From: Vibrio alginolyticus NBRC 15630 = ATCC 17749
GTDB lineage: Bacteria > Pseudomonadota > Gammaproteobacteria > Enterobacterales > Vibrionaceae
Assembly: GCF_000354175.2 (NCBI RefSeq)
Contig: NC_022349.1
Location: 690,001-722,000, forward strand
DNA: 32,000 nucleotides
Direction: 5' to 3'
Part shown: positions 25,313 to 32,000 of the stretch, in pieces
How the letters are laid out: every line of letters begins with the position of its first letter
Position numbering within the stretch: the stretch's first letter is position 1
Made by a program: the position numbers and the translations under genes
Notes under the pieces: generated by a model
Seen by the model: the letters and a program-made list of their open reading frames with translations, nothing else
Databases searched by the model: none
What the model was told of the DNA's origin: nothing

Positions 25313-25684
25313 TTTGGTCTCCTTACCAATCTAGTCAGACCAGTTAATCAACGAAAGAAATAGATGTCAAAGAAATGTTAACAAAAGCTCGATCTCACGA
25401 GTTATTTAACCCTCATGAAGTGACGGCGTCACCCGTGAGGTATGAAGTTTATCGCAGTTACTTAGATTACCTTACAGCGAGATAGATAAAATGGTTATAA
25501 ATTCAAATGTATATATATTGATTTAATGATCAAGTTTTGTCATTTATACATAAGTCATTTAAATGAATACCTACACCTTTGTATACAATTCGGTATTTCC
25601 TGGCGAAGATTCCCGTGAAACGGTTTATTCCTGCCTGTAATTCCGTTATCTTTACCCCTTCGCAATAGAGAATAAAGCTATAAC

Positions 25685-26743
25685 ATGCCTATAAAAACAG
25701 ATGAATTGAGAACCCAGCCTTTGGGTCCAATGCCTACCCCAGCAGAGCTAGGTAGTGTACATCCTATTACGGATGACGTTGCAGACCGTATCGCTCAATC
25801 TCGTCGTCAGATTGAAAACATTTTATCGGGTGAAGACGATCGCCTTCTTGCGATTGTAGGTCCGTGTTCTGTTCACGACACTGAAGCTGCCATTGATTAC
25901 GCCACTCGCCTGAGTGAAATCCAAGACAAGTACAAAGACGAACTGTTTATCGTGATGCGTACTTACTTTGAAAAGCCTCGTACAGTAGTTGGTTGGAAAG
26001 GTTTGATTACGGACCCTAACCTAGATGGTTCTTACGCACTTGAAGCTGGTCTTCATAAAGCTCGTAAACTACTACTGGATATCAACAAGCTTGGTCTTGC
26101 GACTGCTACTGAGTTTCTTGATATGATCACTGGCCAATACATCGCGGATTTGATCACTTGGGGCGCGATTGGTGCTCGCACAACGGAATCACAAATTCAC
26201 CGTGAAATGGCGTCGGCACTATCTTGCCCAGTTGGTTTCAAAAATGGCACAAATGGCAACGTAAAAATTGCAATTGATGCAATTCGCGCATCGAAAGCAT
26301 CGCATTACTTCTACTCGCCAGATAAGAACGGTCGAATGACGGTTTACCGCACAAGTGGCAACCCTTACGGTCATATTATTCTGCGCGGTGGAGAAAAAGG
26401 CCCTAACTTTGATGAAGCATCAGTCAAACAAGCATGTGATGCTTTAGCTGAGTTTGGATTGCCACAACGTTTGGTTGTGGATTTCAGCCATGCAAACTGT
26501 CAGAAGCAACACAGAAAACAAATCGACGTAGCTCAAGACATTTGTAACCAAATTAAGTCAGGCAGCACTCGTATTGCGGGTATCATGGCAGAAAGCTTTA
26601 TTCTTGAAGGCAATCAGCCAATGACTGACATCAATAACCTAACGTATGGTCAGTCTATTACAGATCCATGCCTAGGTTGGGAAGACACTGCTACAATGCT
26701 AGATATGCTGGCAAGCGCTGTTAAGTCCCGAAAGTCCCTATAA
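25685..26743 (+). CDS. aroH: 3-deoxy-7-phosphoheptulonate (DAHP) synthase, class I alpha; closest to the Trp-sensitive isozyme
   Basis: The 352-aa ORF aligns best with E. coli AroH from memory (TDELRT, TPAEL, IVMRTYFEKPRTVVGWKGLIxDPxLxGSY, ATEFLDMxTGQxIADLIxWGAIGARTTESQIHREMASALSCPVGFKNGT, SGNPYGHII, VVDFSHxNCQKQHRxQ, IAGIMAESF). Which amino acid feeds back on it cannot be proven from sequence. Confidence 0.9.
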   Translation: MPIKTDELRTQPLGPMPTPAELGSVHPITDDVADRIAQSRRQIENILSGEDDRLLAIVGPCSVHDTEAAIDYATRLSEIQDKYKDELFIVMRTYFEKPRTVVGWKGLITDPNLDGSYALEAGLHKARKLLLDINKLGLATATEFLDMITGQYIADLITWGAIGARTTESQIHREMASALSCPVGFKNGTNGNVKIAIDAIRASKASHYFYSPDKNGRMTVYRTSGNPYGHIILRGGEKGPNFDEASVKQACDALAEFGLPQRLVVDFSHANCQKQHRKQIDVAQDICNQIKSGSTRIAGIMAESFILEGNQPMTDINNLTYGQSITDPCLGWEDTATMLDMLASAVKSRKSL

Positions 26744-26764
26744 CAAAATAATCAAGGAATCTTC

Positions 26765-27247
26765 ATGCCATCGTTTGATATTGTTTCTGAAATCGATACG
26801 GTTGAACTACGTAACGCCGTTGATAATGCTAACCGTGAATTGTCTACTCGTTTCGATTTCCGCAACGTAAATGCGAGCTTTGAGCTAGTAGAAGAAAACG
26901 TAAAAATGTCTGCGGAAGGTGACTTCCAACTTAAGCAAATGCGCGACATTTTACGCGGCCACTTAGCGAAGCGTAACATTGACGCGAACGCAATGGATGC
27001 ACAAGACCCAGACGTTACTGGTAAAAACTGGCACCAAACTCTGCTTTTCCGCCAAGGTATTGATACTCCAACGGCGAAAAAAGTAGTGAAACTTATCAAA
27101 GACGCAAAGTTAAAAGTACAAGCTTCTATTCAAGGCGACAAAGTACGTGTTACCGGTAAGAAACGCGACGACCTGCAAGCGACAATGGCAGCGATTCGTG
27201 AAGCAGAGATGGGTATCCCATTCCAGTTTAACAACTTCCGTGATTAA
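26765..27247 (+). CDS. yajQ: YajQ-family nucleotide-binding protein (UPF0234)
   Basis: The 160-aa ORF begins [33 protein letters not shown], the typical YajQ N-terminus. AAGGA lies 6 nt upstream of the ATG, only 21 nt after the aroH stop. Confidence 0.9.
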   Translation: MPSFDIVSEIDTVELRNAVDNANRELSTRFDFRNVNASFELVEENVKMSAEGDFQLKQMRDILRGHLAKRNIDANAMDAQDPDVTGKNWHQTLLFRQGIDTPTAKKVVKLIKDAKLKVQASIQGDKVRVTGKKRDDLQATMAAIREAEMGIPFQFNNFRD

Positions 27248-27265
27248 TCAATCTGAGAAGTAAAT

Positions 27266-27298
27266 AAAAACGCCAGCGCATAATCCGCTGCGTTTTTT
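27266..27298. terminator. Bidirectional rho-independent terminator between convergent yajQ and the cysG-like gene
   Basis: ACGCCAGCG (27270-27278), loop cataatc, CGCTGCGT (27286-27293), with one bulge. It is flanked by A5 and T6 runs. Confidence 0.75.
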
Positions 27299-27347
27299 AT
27301 TGGCTTTAGTGTAACGAACTACGTATCCACTTTAGCATTTGGCATTG

Positions 27348-28268
27348 CTAGATAACTAAGTCCTGTCCTTGCAGCAATACGAATTCGCTCGTTCCTTGTG
27401 GTATGAACACGCAAATTCGAAGCTTTTCAGCTTTAGCCTTGGCCAGCATATCCGAAAGCTCAGCAGCGCTCGAGAAAGCTTCTCTTTCTGCATCTCTTCG
27501 TATTAGTTCTAACACATTCGCTTCACATCGAGTTGAGTACAGAGCCAGCTCCGCTTGTTGCATATAGCGTACGGCTTTTATTGGCAACATCTCAACATCT
27601 TTCCCAACATGAACCCAAGTACAACTTCCCTTTTCATCTAAAGGTGTTGCCATGGTCGCTTGGTAAATTGCTTCTAACTCACGATTATCTCGCGCGTTTT
27701 CCACCTCGGGGTTCGAGAAGAATTGCTCCCAAAACTTGCGGCGTAAATCGACACTAGGCAGCGCCTCTTTAATTGAGTTTCGCTTTGAGTTAGCAAAGTC
27801 CGCCATCAACCCCATGTTTTGTGGCAGTATCGATTCAAGTTTTTCACGGATGTTTCGAATTAAAACTGGCGAAGCTCCACCACTAGAGATAGCGATTTGG
27901 ATACGGCCACGATTAATCATAGACGGCGTGATGAAATCACAATAAGGCTTATCATCCACAACATTAACCAAGATGCCTAGCTCTTTGGCATCTTTGTACA
28001 CTTGGTGATTTAGCTCAGGATTGTCTGTCGTCGCCCACACTTGAACAAAGCTTTTAGTGACAATGTCACTCGAATAGAAACGTTGTACCCAGCGCAGTTG
28101 ATGCTCAGAAGCAAGCTTAGACAGAAAATCAACCAACGTCGGAGAAACGATAGTCACATCCGCCCCAGCCTTTAGCAACGCTTCCACCTTTCGGCTTGCC
28201 ACCTCACCACCACCCACGACGAGAACGGGTTTATTAATTAAATCTAAGAACAGAGGAAAATATCGCAT
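27348..28268 (-). CDS. Precorrin-2 dehydrogenase / sirohydrochlorin ferrochelatase (CysG N-terminal module) with a truncated, degenerate methyltransferase remnant
   Basis: Residues 1-210 are colinear with E. coli CysG residues 1 to about 215 (FPLFxxL, VVGGGEVAxRK Rossmann motif, AISSGGASPVLxRxxREKLESxLP, RRxFWExFF). Residues 214-306 still align with the start of the SUMT domain (..QQAxxxxY..LxRRDAER..). However, GAGPGD is replaced by HVGKDV, and the protein ends after about 93 residues of that domain. Confidence 0.8.
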   Translation of the reverse strand: MRYFPLFLDLINKPVLVVGGGEVASRKVEALLKAGADVTIVSPTLVDFLSKLASEHQLRWVQRFYSSDIVTKSFVQVWATTDNPELNHQVYKDAKELGILVNVVDDKPYCDFITPSMINRGRIQIAISSGGASPVLIRNIREKLESILPQNMGLMADFANSKRNSIKEALPSVDLRRKFWEQFFSNPEVENARDNRELEAIYQATMATPLDEKGSCTWVHVGKDVEMLPIKAVRYMQQAELALYSTRCEANVLELIRRDAEREAFSSAAELSDMLAKAKAEKLRICVFIPQGTSEFVLLQGQDLVI

Positions 28269-28728
28269 TTCAATCCATGATTACTCTAATTAGCTGTTGT
28301 AGACCATGCTACCAAAAATGGGGCAAGCTCATCACCCTGTTTCGGTATCACAAATAATTTTTGTTTGAATTTTTACTGAACTTCACCTTGCTCAGCTAAT
28401 GACAGTTTTAATAACAACTTTTTATTCTTTTGTATTGTTCACTCTTCTATTGATTGTTCTGATGCACCAAATTGTCCATGAATTGCACTATTTACAAACA
28501 ATTAACATTTCGTCATTCTAAATCTCAAGGCACTTTGTAAGTTCTCTCAAAACTTCATTTAAATTATATATTTGAGAATTAACAGATCCTTTCCTACGCT
28601 TATAACTGGTTGATCTATCGAATGCCGTTTCTTCGAAAATCAATCACGTAGGACGATAACTCTAACGAATTGGACACGTTATTTCAGGTCACTCCTGATT
28701 AAACATGGATCATACAGGAAGGATACAA

Positions 28729-29757
28729 ATGGCAAATAAACTCACAGTTCTTGCTTCCGTCGTAGCGGCTTCTACTGCGATGATGGCAACATCAGCTCAA
28801 GCAGCAGACACTACTCTGGACAAAGTCACAAAACAAGGCTTTCTTACTTGTGGCGTAAGTACCGGTCTACCTGGTTTCTCTAACCCTAACTCAAAAGGCG
28901 AATGGGAAGGTATCGACGTAGAATATTGCCAAGCACTGGCTGCAGCCGTTCTTGGGGATAAAACGAAAGTTAAATATGTACCCCTAACCGCAAAAGAACG
29001 TTTCACTGCGCTTCAATCTGGTGAGATTGATGTGCTTTCCCGTAACACGACCTGGACTCTCCACCGTGACACTGCACTGGGCCTAAACTTCGTAGGTGTG
29101 AACTACTACGATGGTCAAGGTTTTATGGTGAAGAAGGAACTTGGTATCTCAAGTGCTAAAGAGCTTGATGGTGCGTCGGTATGTGTTCAATCAGGTACAA
29201 CAACCGAGCTAAACCTTGCAGATTATTTCCGCAACCAAGGCATGGCGTACAAACCAGTGGTATTCGACACAGCGGCGCAAACTTCGAAAGGTTTTGATGC
29301 GGGACGCTGTGACGTATTAACAACTGACCAATCTGGCCTTTATGCACTACGTTTGAATTTGAAAGATCCGTCCTCTGCGGCCGTTCTTCCAGAAATCATC
29401 TCTAAAGAGCCACTAGGTCCAGTCGTTCGTCAAGGCGATGATCAATGGTTTAACATCGCTAAGTGGACATTGTCTGCGATGATTAACGCTGAAGAATACG
29501 GTATTAGTTCGAAGAATGCGGATGAAATGCTGAAGTCAACAGATCCAAACATCAAACGTATCCTCGGTGTTGATGGCCCTAAAGGCAAAGGTTTGGGTAT
29601 TCGTGATGATTGGGGCTACCAAGTTATCAAACAAGTTGGTAATTATGGTGAAAGCTTCGAGCGTACAGTCGGTACTGGTTCGCCGTTAGAAATCTCTCGT
29701 GGCGTTAATGCGCTATGGAATGCGGGCGGCTTTATGTACGCGCCACCAATCCGATAG
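28729..29757 (+). CDS. aapJ: General L-amino-acid ABC transporter, periplasmic substrate-binding protein (AapJ/BztA-like)
   Basis: The start is set at ATG 28729, with AGGAAGG 6 nt upstream. The signal peptide is MANKLTVLASVVAASTAMMATSAQA. A family-3 SBP fold pattern is present, and two AapQ/AapM-type permease genes follow. Confidence 0.85.
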   Translation: MANKLTVLASVVAASTAMMATSAQAADTTLDKVTKQGFLTCGVSTGLPGFSNPNSKGEWEGIDVEYCQALAAAVLGDKTKVKYVPLTAKERFTALQSGEIDVLSRNTTWTLHRDTALGLNFVGVNYYDGQGFMVKKELGISSAKELDGASVCVQSGTTTELNLADYFRNQGMAYKPVVFDTAAQTSKGFDAGRCDVLTTDQSGLYALRLNLKDPSSAAVLPEIISKEPLGPVVRQGDDQWFNIAKWTLSAMINAEEYGISSKNADEMLKSTDPNIKRILGVDGPKGKGLGIRDDWGYQVIKQVGNYGESFERTVGTGSPLEISRGVNALWNAGGFMYAPPIR

Positions 29758-29770
29758 AAAGAGTTAATCA

Positions 29771-29794
29771 GGGCGGTTCATGCCGCCCTTTTTC
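29771..29794 (+). terminator. Intra-operon hairpin/partial terminator after the binding-protein gene
   Basis: GGGCGG (29771-29776), loop ttcatg, CCGCCC (29783-29788), then TTTTT. It starts 14 nt after the aapJ stop. Confidence 0.7.
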
Positions 29795-29975
29795 TTGATT
29801 ATATCTCACTGTATGAGTAAGGATCGCTCATTGGATGGCGAAAAGCGCTCGCTTGGTGGAACGGCTTTAAAGGTTCGTAAGTCACCAGACATGAGAGCGT
29901 TATTCTTTAGCCAGCAAGGACGAAACTTCTTTATACAGGCCGATATCTATAACTAAGGTTTGAGGTTATCGCTGT

Positions 29976-31181
29976 ATGAAACCGACACAAGATGCATCGC
30001 CAAGTACGATGTCCAAACCAAGCGGAAGCAAGAGCCTGATTTATAATCCTGCCTTTCGTTCTGCTATTTTCCAGATCATTGCCATTGCTGCACTGGTATT
30101 TTTCTTTTACACGATTGTAAACAACGCTCTCAATAACTTAGATGCTCGTGGTATTGCAACGGGCTTCGGTTTTCTGAATCAAGAAGCCGGGTTTGGTATT
30201 GGGTTAACATTAATTGAATACGATGAAACGTACTCTTACGGTAGAACATTTATCATCGGCCTTCTTAATACGGCGTTAGTCTCTGTATTAGGTATTATTC
30301 TGGCTACTGTGATTGGCTTTACCATGGGGGTTGCCCGCCTTTCTTCTAACTGGTTAGTTAGTCGTTTAGCGGCAGTTTATATCGAAACTTTCCGAAATAT
30401 CCCCCTTCTTCTGCAAATATTCTTCTGGTATTTCGCTGTTCTTCAAGCATTACCCTCACCACGCCAAAGCTTAAGTCTTGGTGAAGCTATTTTCCTGAAC
30501 GTTCGTGGCTTATATTTCCCTGCACCGACTATGGAACCTGGCAGTAGCTACGTTATTGCCGCGTTAATCTTCGGGGTAATCGCAAGCTTATTAATTAATG
30601 TATGGGCGAATAATAAGCAACGTCTCACTGGGCAACAAACCCCAATGGGAAGAATAGTTTTGGGTTTAGTTGTTGGCCTTCCATTGGTTGTGTACTTCCT
30701 TGCTGGTATGCCAATTTCACTGAATTATCCTGAACTAAAAGGGTTTAACTTCCGAGGTGGTATTAGCATTATTCCTGAATTGGCTGCGCTACTTTTGGCA
30801 TTGAGTGTTTATACAGCTTCTTTCATTGCTGAGATTGTGCGCTCTGGTATTAATGCGGTTAGCCATGGTCAAACCGAAGCAGCGATGTCGCTAGGCTTAC
30901 CACGCTCGAAAACTTTAAAGCTTGTTGTCATTCCTCAAGCGTTACGAATTATTATTCCACCTTTAACCAGTCAATATCTCAACCTCACCAAAAACTCATC
31001 GTTAGCGATGGCGATTGGTTATCCAGATCTTGTCTCTGTGTTTGCTGGTACTACCCTGAACCAAACGGGACAAGCGATTGAGATCATTGCGATGACGATG
31101 GGCGTGTACTTGACATTAAGTCTGATTACGTCTGCATTAATGAACTTGTATAACCGTAAAGTCGCGCTGGTGGAGAGATAA
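29976..31181 (+). CDS. aapQ: General L-amino-acid ABC transporter permease (AapQ/BztB-like)
   Basis: The 401-aa polytopic membrane protein has an N-terminal ..ARGIATGFGFLNQEAGFGI.. motif. It also has the EAA-type loop region (..HGQTEAAMSLGLPRSKTLKLVVIPQALR..) typical of HisM/AapQ-class permeases. Confidence 0.85.
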   Translation: MKPTQDASPSTMSKPSGSKSLIYNPAFRSAIFQIIAIAALVFFFYTIVNNALNNLDARGIATGFGFLNQEAGFGIGLTLIEYDETYSYGRTFIIGLLNTALVSVLGIILATVIGFTMGVARLSSNWLVSRLAAVYIETFRNIPLLLQIFFWYFAVLQALPSPRQSLSLGEAIFLNVRGLYFPAPTMEPGSSYVIAALIFGVIASLLINVWANNKQRLTGQQTPMGRIVLGLVVGLPLVVYFLAGMPISLNYPELKGFNFRGGISIIPELAALLLALSVYTASFIAEIVRSGINAVSHGQTEAAMSLGLPRSKTLKLVVIPQALRIIIPPLTSQYLNLTKNSSLAMAIGYPDLVSVFAGTTLNQTGQAIEIIAMTMGVYLTLSLITSALMNLYNRKVALVER

Positions 31182-31182
31182 T

Positions 31183-32000
31183 ATGAGTACTCATCAATTT
31201 CAACCGGATCTCCCGCCACCCGCCAATACTGTAGGCTTCGTTGGTTGGATGCGGAAAAATCTATTTAATGGCCCTATCAATTCCATTGTTACTGTCATTC
31301 TTGCGTATATTGTCGTAACTGCAATATGGTATATCGTGGATTGGGCGTTTATTAACGCAGACTGGATTGGCTCAACGCGTGACGACTGTAGCCGAGATGG
31401 TGCTTGCTGGGTATTTATCAGCGTGCGCTGGGAGCAGTTCATGTATGGTTTTTATCCAGAGTCCGAACTATGGCGCCCTCGCCTTTTCTATATCACATTG
31501 GCCATGTTTACTGTTTTACTCGCGTATGAGAAGACACCGAAACGGATGTGGATTTGGCTTTTCTTCGTAAACATCTACCCATTCATCATCGCTGGGCTGT
31601 TGTACGGGGGTGTCTTTGGACTAGAAGTGGTCGATACACACAAATGGGGTGGATTACTCGTTACGCTCATTATTGCGTTAGTTGGTATCGTAGTTTCACT
31701 GCCAATTGGTGTGGTACTTGCGCTTGGTAGACGTTCAGAGATGCCGATCATTCGCAGCATTTGTACCGTCTACATTGAAGTTTGGCGTGGCGTTCCGCTG
31801 ATTACGGTTTTGTTCATGGCTTCGGTTATGCTTCCATTATTTATGTCTGAAGGTTCAGAGACAGATAAACTGATTCGCGCCCTTATCGGTGTGGTTATGT
31901 TTGCCTCCGCTTACATGGCAGAAGTGGTACGCGGTGGTCTACAAGCCATTCCGAAAGGTCAATATGAAGCCGCTGATGCGCTTGGGTTAAGTTACTGGAA
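31183..32000 (+). CDS. aapM: General L-amino-acid ABC transporter permease (AapM/BztC-like), 3'-truncated by the window edge
   Basis: This gene is not in the ORF track because no stop codon is reached. I translated from ATG 31183, 1 nt after the aapQ stop. The result is MSTHQFQPDLPPPANTVGFVGWMRKNLF...GGLQAIPKGQYEAADALGLSYW.., open through position 32000. It is hydrophobic, with an EAA-loop motif. Confidence 0.85.
   Translation, partial: MSTHQFQPDLPPPANTVGFVGWMRKNLFNGPINSIVTVILAYIVVTAIWYIVDWAFINADWIGSTRDDCSRDGACWVFISVRWEQFMYGFYPESELWRPRLFYITLAMFTVLLAYEKTPKRMWIWLFFVNIYPFIIAGLLYGGVFGLEVVDTHKWGGLLVTLIIALVGIVVSLPIGVVLALGRRSEMPIIRSICTVYIEVWRGVPLITVLFMASVMLPLFMSEGSETDKLIRALIGVVMFASAYMAEVVRGGLQAIPKGQYEAADALGLSYW

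Noticed and set aside
25563-25640. A 25-codon mini-ORF, MNTYTFVYNSVFPGEDSRETVYSCL, upstream of aroH. It is rich in Tyr and Phe, which hinted at an attenuation leader peptide.
   Set aside because: It has no SD. Its ATG lies within or upstream of the most plausible -10 element. The aromatic codons are not clustered as in the pheA or pheST leaders. The downstream alternative stems (CCGT/ACGG/CCGT) are only 4-5 bp, with no convincing terminator.
28671-28686. A sigma54-like element TGGACACGTTATTTCA about 45 nt upstream of aapJ, together with NtrC-like half sites (TGCACC at 28464-28469 and TTGCAC at about 28483).
   Set aside because: The -12 element reads TC in place of the essentially invariant GC at the required GG-N10-GC spacing. 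The upstream sites are half-sites only. This is not enough to call a nitrogen-regulated promoter.
1-32000. A search by eye for CRISPR repeats, tRNA/rRNA, IS terminal inverted repeats, integron attC/VCR-like repeats, toxin-antitoxin pairs, reverse transcriptases, nucleases, and other ATPase or defence-type gene clusters.
   Set aside because: None was found. Every large ORF is accounted for by a housekeeping or transport function, or by one of two isolated unknowns. I noticed no long direct repeats. A manual scan cannot exclude short or diverged repeats, and a self-dot-plot or BLASTN self-comparison would be decisive.

Overview
This window reads as conserved core chromosome of a Vibrionaceae-type gammaproteobacterium, judged from protein similarity recalled from memory with no search run. 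About 22 protein-coding genes fill nearly all of it. I see no rRNA, tRNA, CRISPR array, transposase, integrase, phage gene or defence-island signature. Minus strand, left to right: a frameshifted zapC, pyrD, a giant NAD-specific glutamate dehydrogenase, a small DUF2835-like gene, pepN, a secreted protein made of two lipocalin-like repeats, prc-proQ and msrC. Then on the plus strand come an ABC exporter, letA, letB and rsmF. After that: a CvfB-like S1 protein (-), an unrecognised 450-aa membrane protein (+), a DUF4442/thioesterase-like gene (-), aroH-yajQ (+), a short CysG-like protein (-) and aapJ-aapQ-aapM (+). aapM runs off the right edge, so it is missing from the supplied ORF track. The order prc-proQ-msrC-letA-letB-rsmF matches E. 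coli (prc-proQ-msrC-yebS-yebT-rsmF). The ABC exporter sits as an extra gene directly upstream of letA. Several ORF-track N-termini are over-extended; I give shorter starts for gdh, pepN, proQ, rsmF, aapJ and the DUF2835-like gene. I do not find a convincing new multi-gene system. The points most worth follow-up are: (1) the ABC exporter apparently co-transcribed with the LetAB lipid tunnel, together with a perfect 9-bp hairpin that buries the letA SD and start codon; (2) a zapC frameshift in a T5 run; (3) terminator-like hairpins inside the pyrD and pepN leaders; (4) a heavily structured 230-bp intergenic region with an orphan terminator, a candidate sRNA or structured 3'UTR; (5) a CysG paralogue whose methyltransferase domain is truncated and has lost its motifs; (6) the 450-aa membrane protein of unknown family. 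All RNA structures and promoters are read by eye, and none is experimentally or computationally validated.
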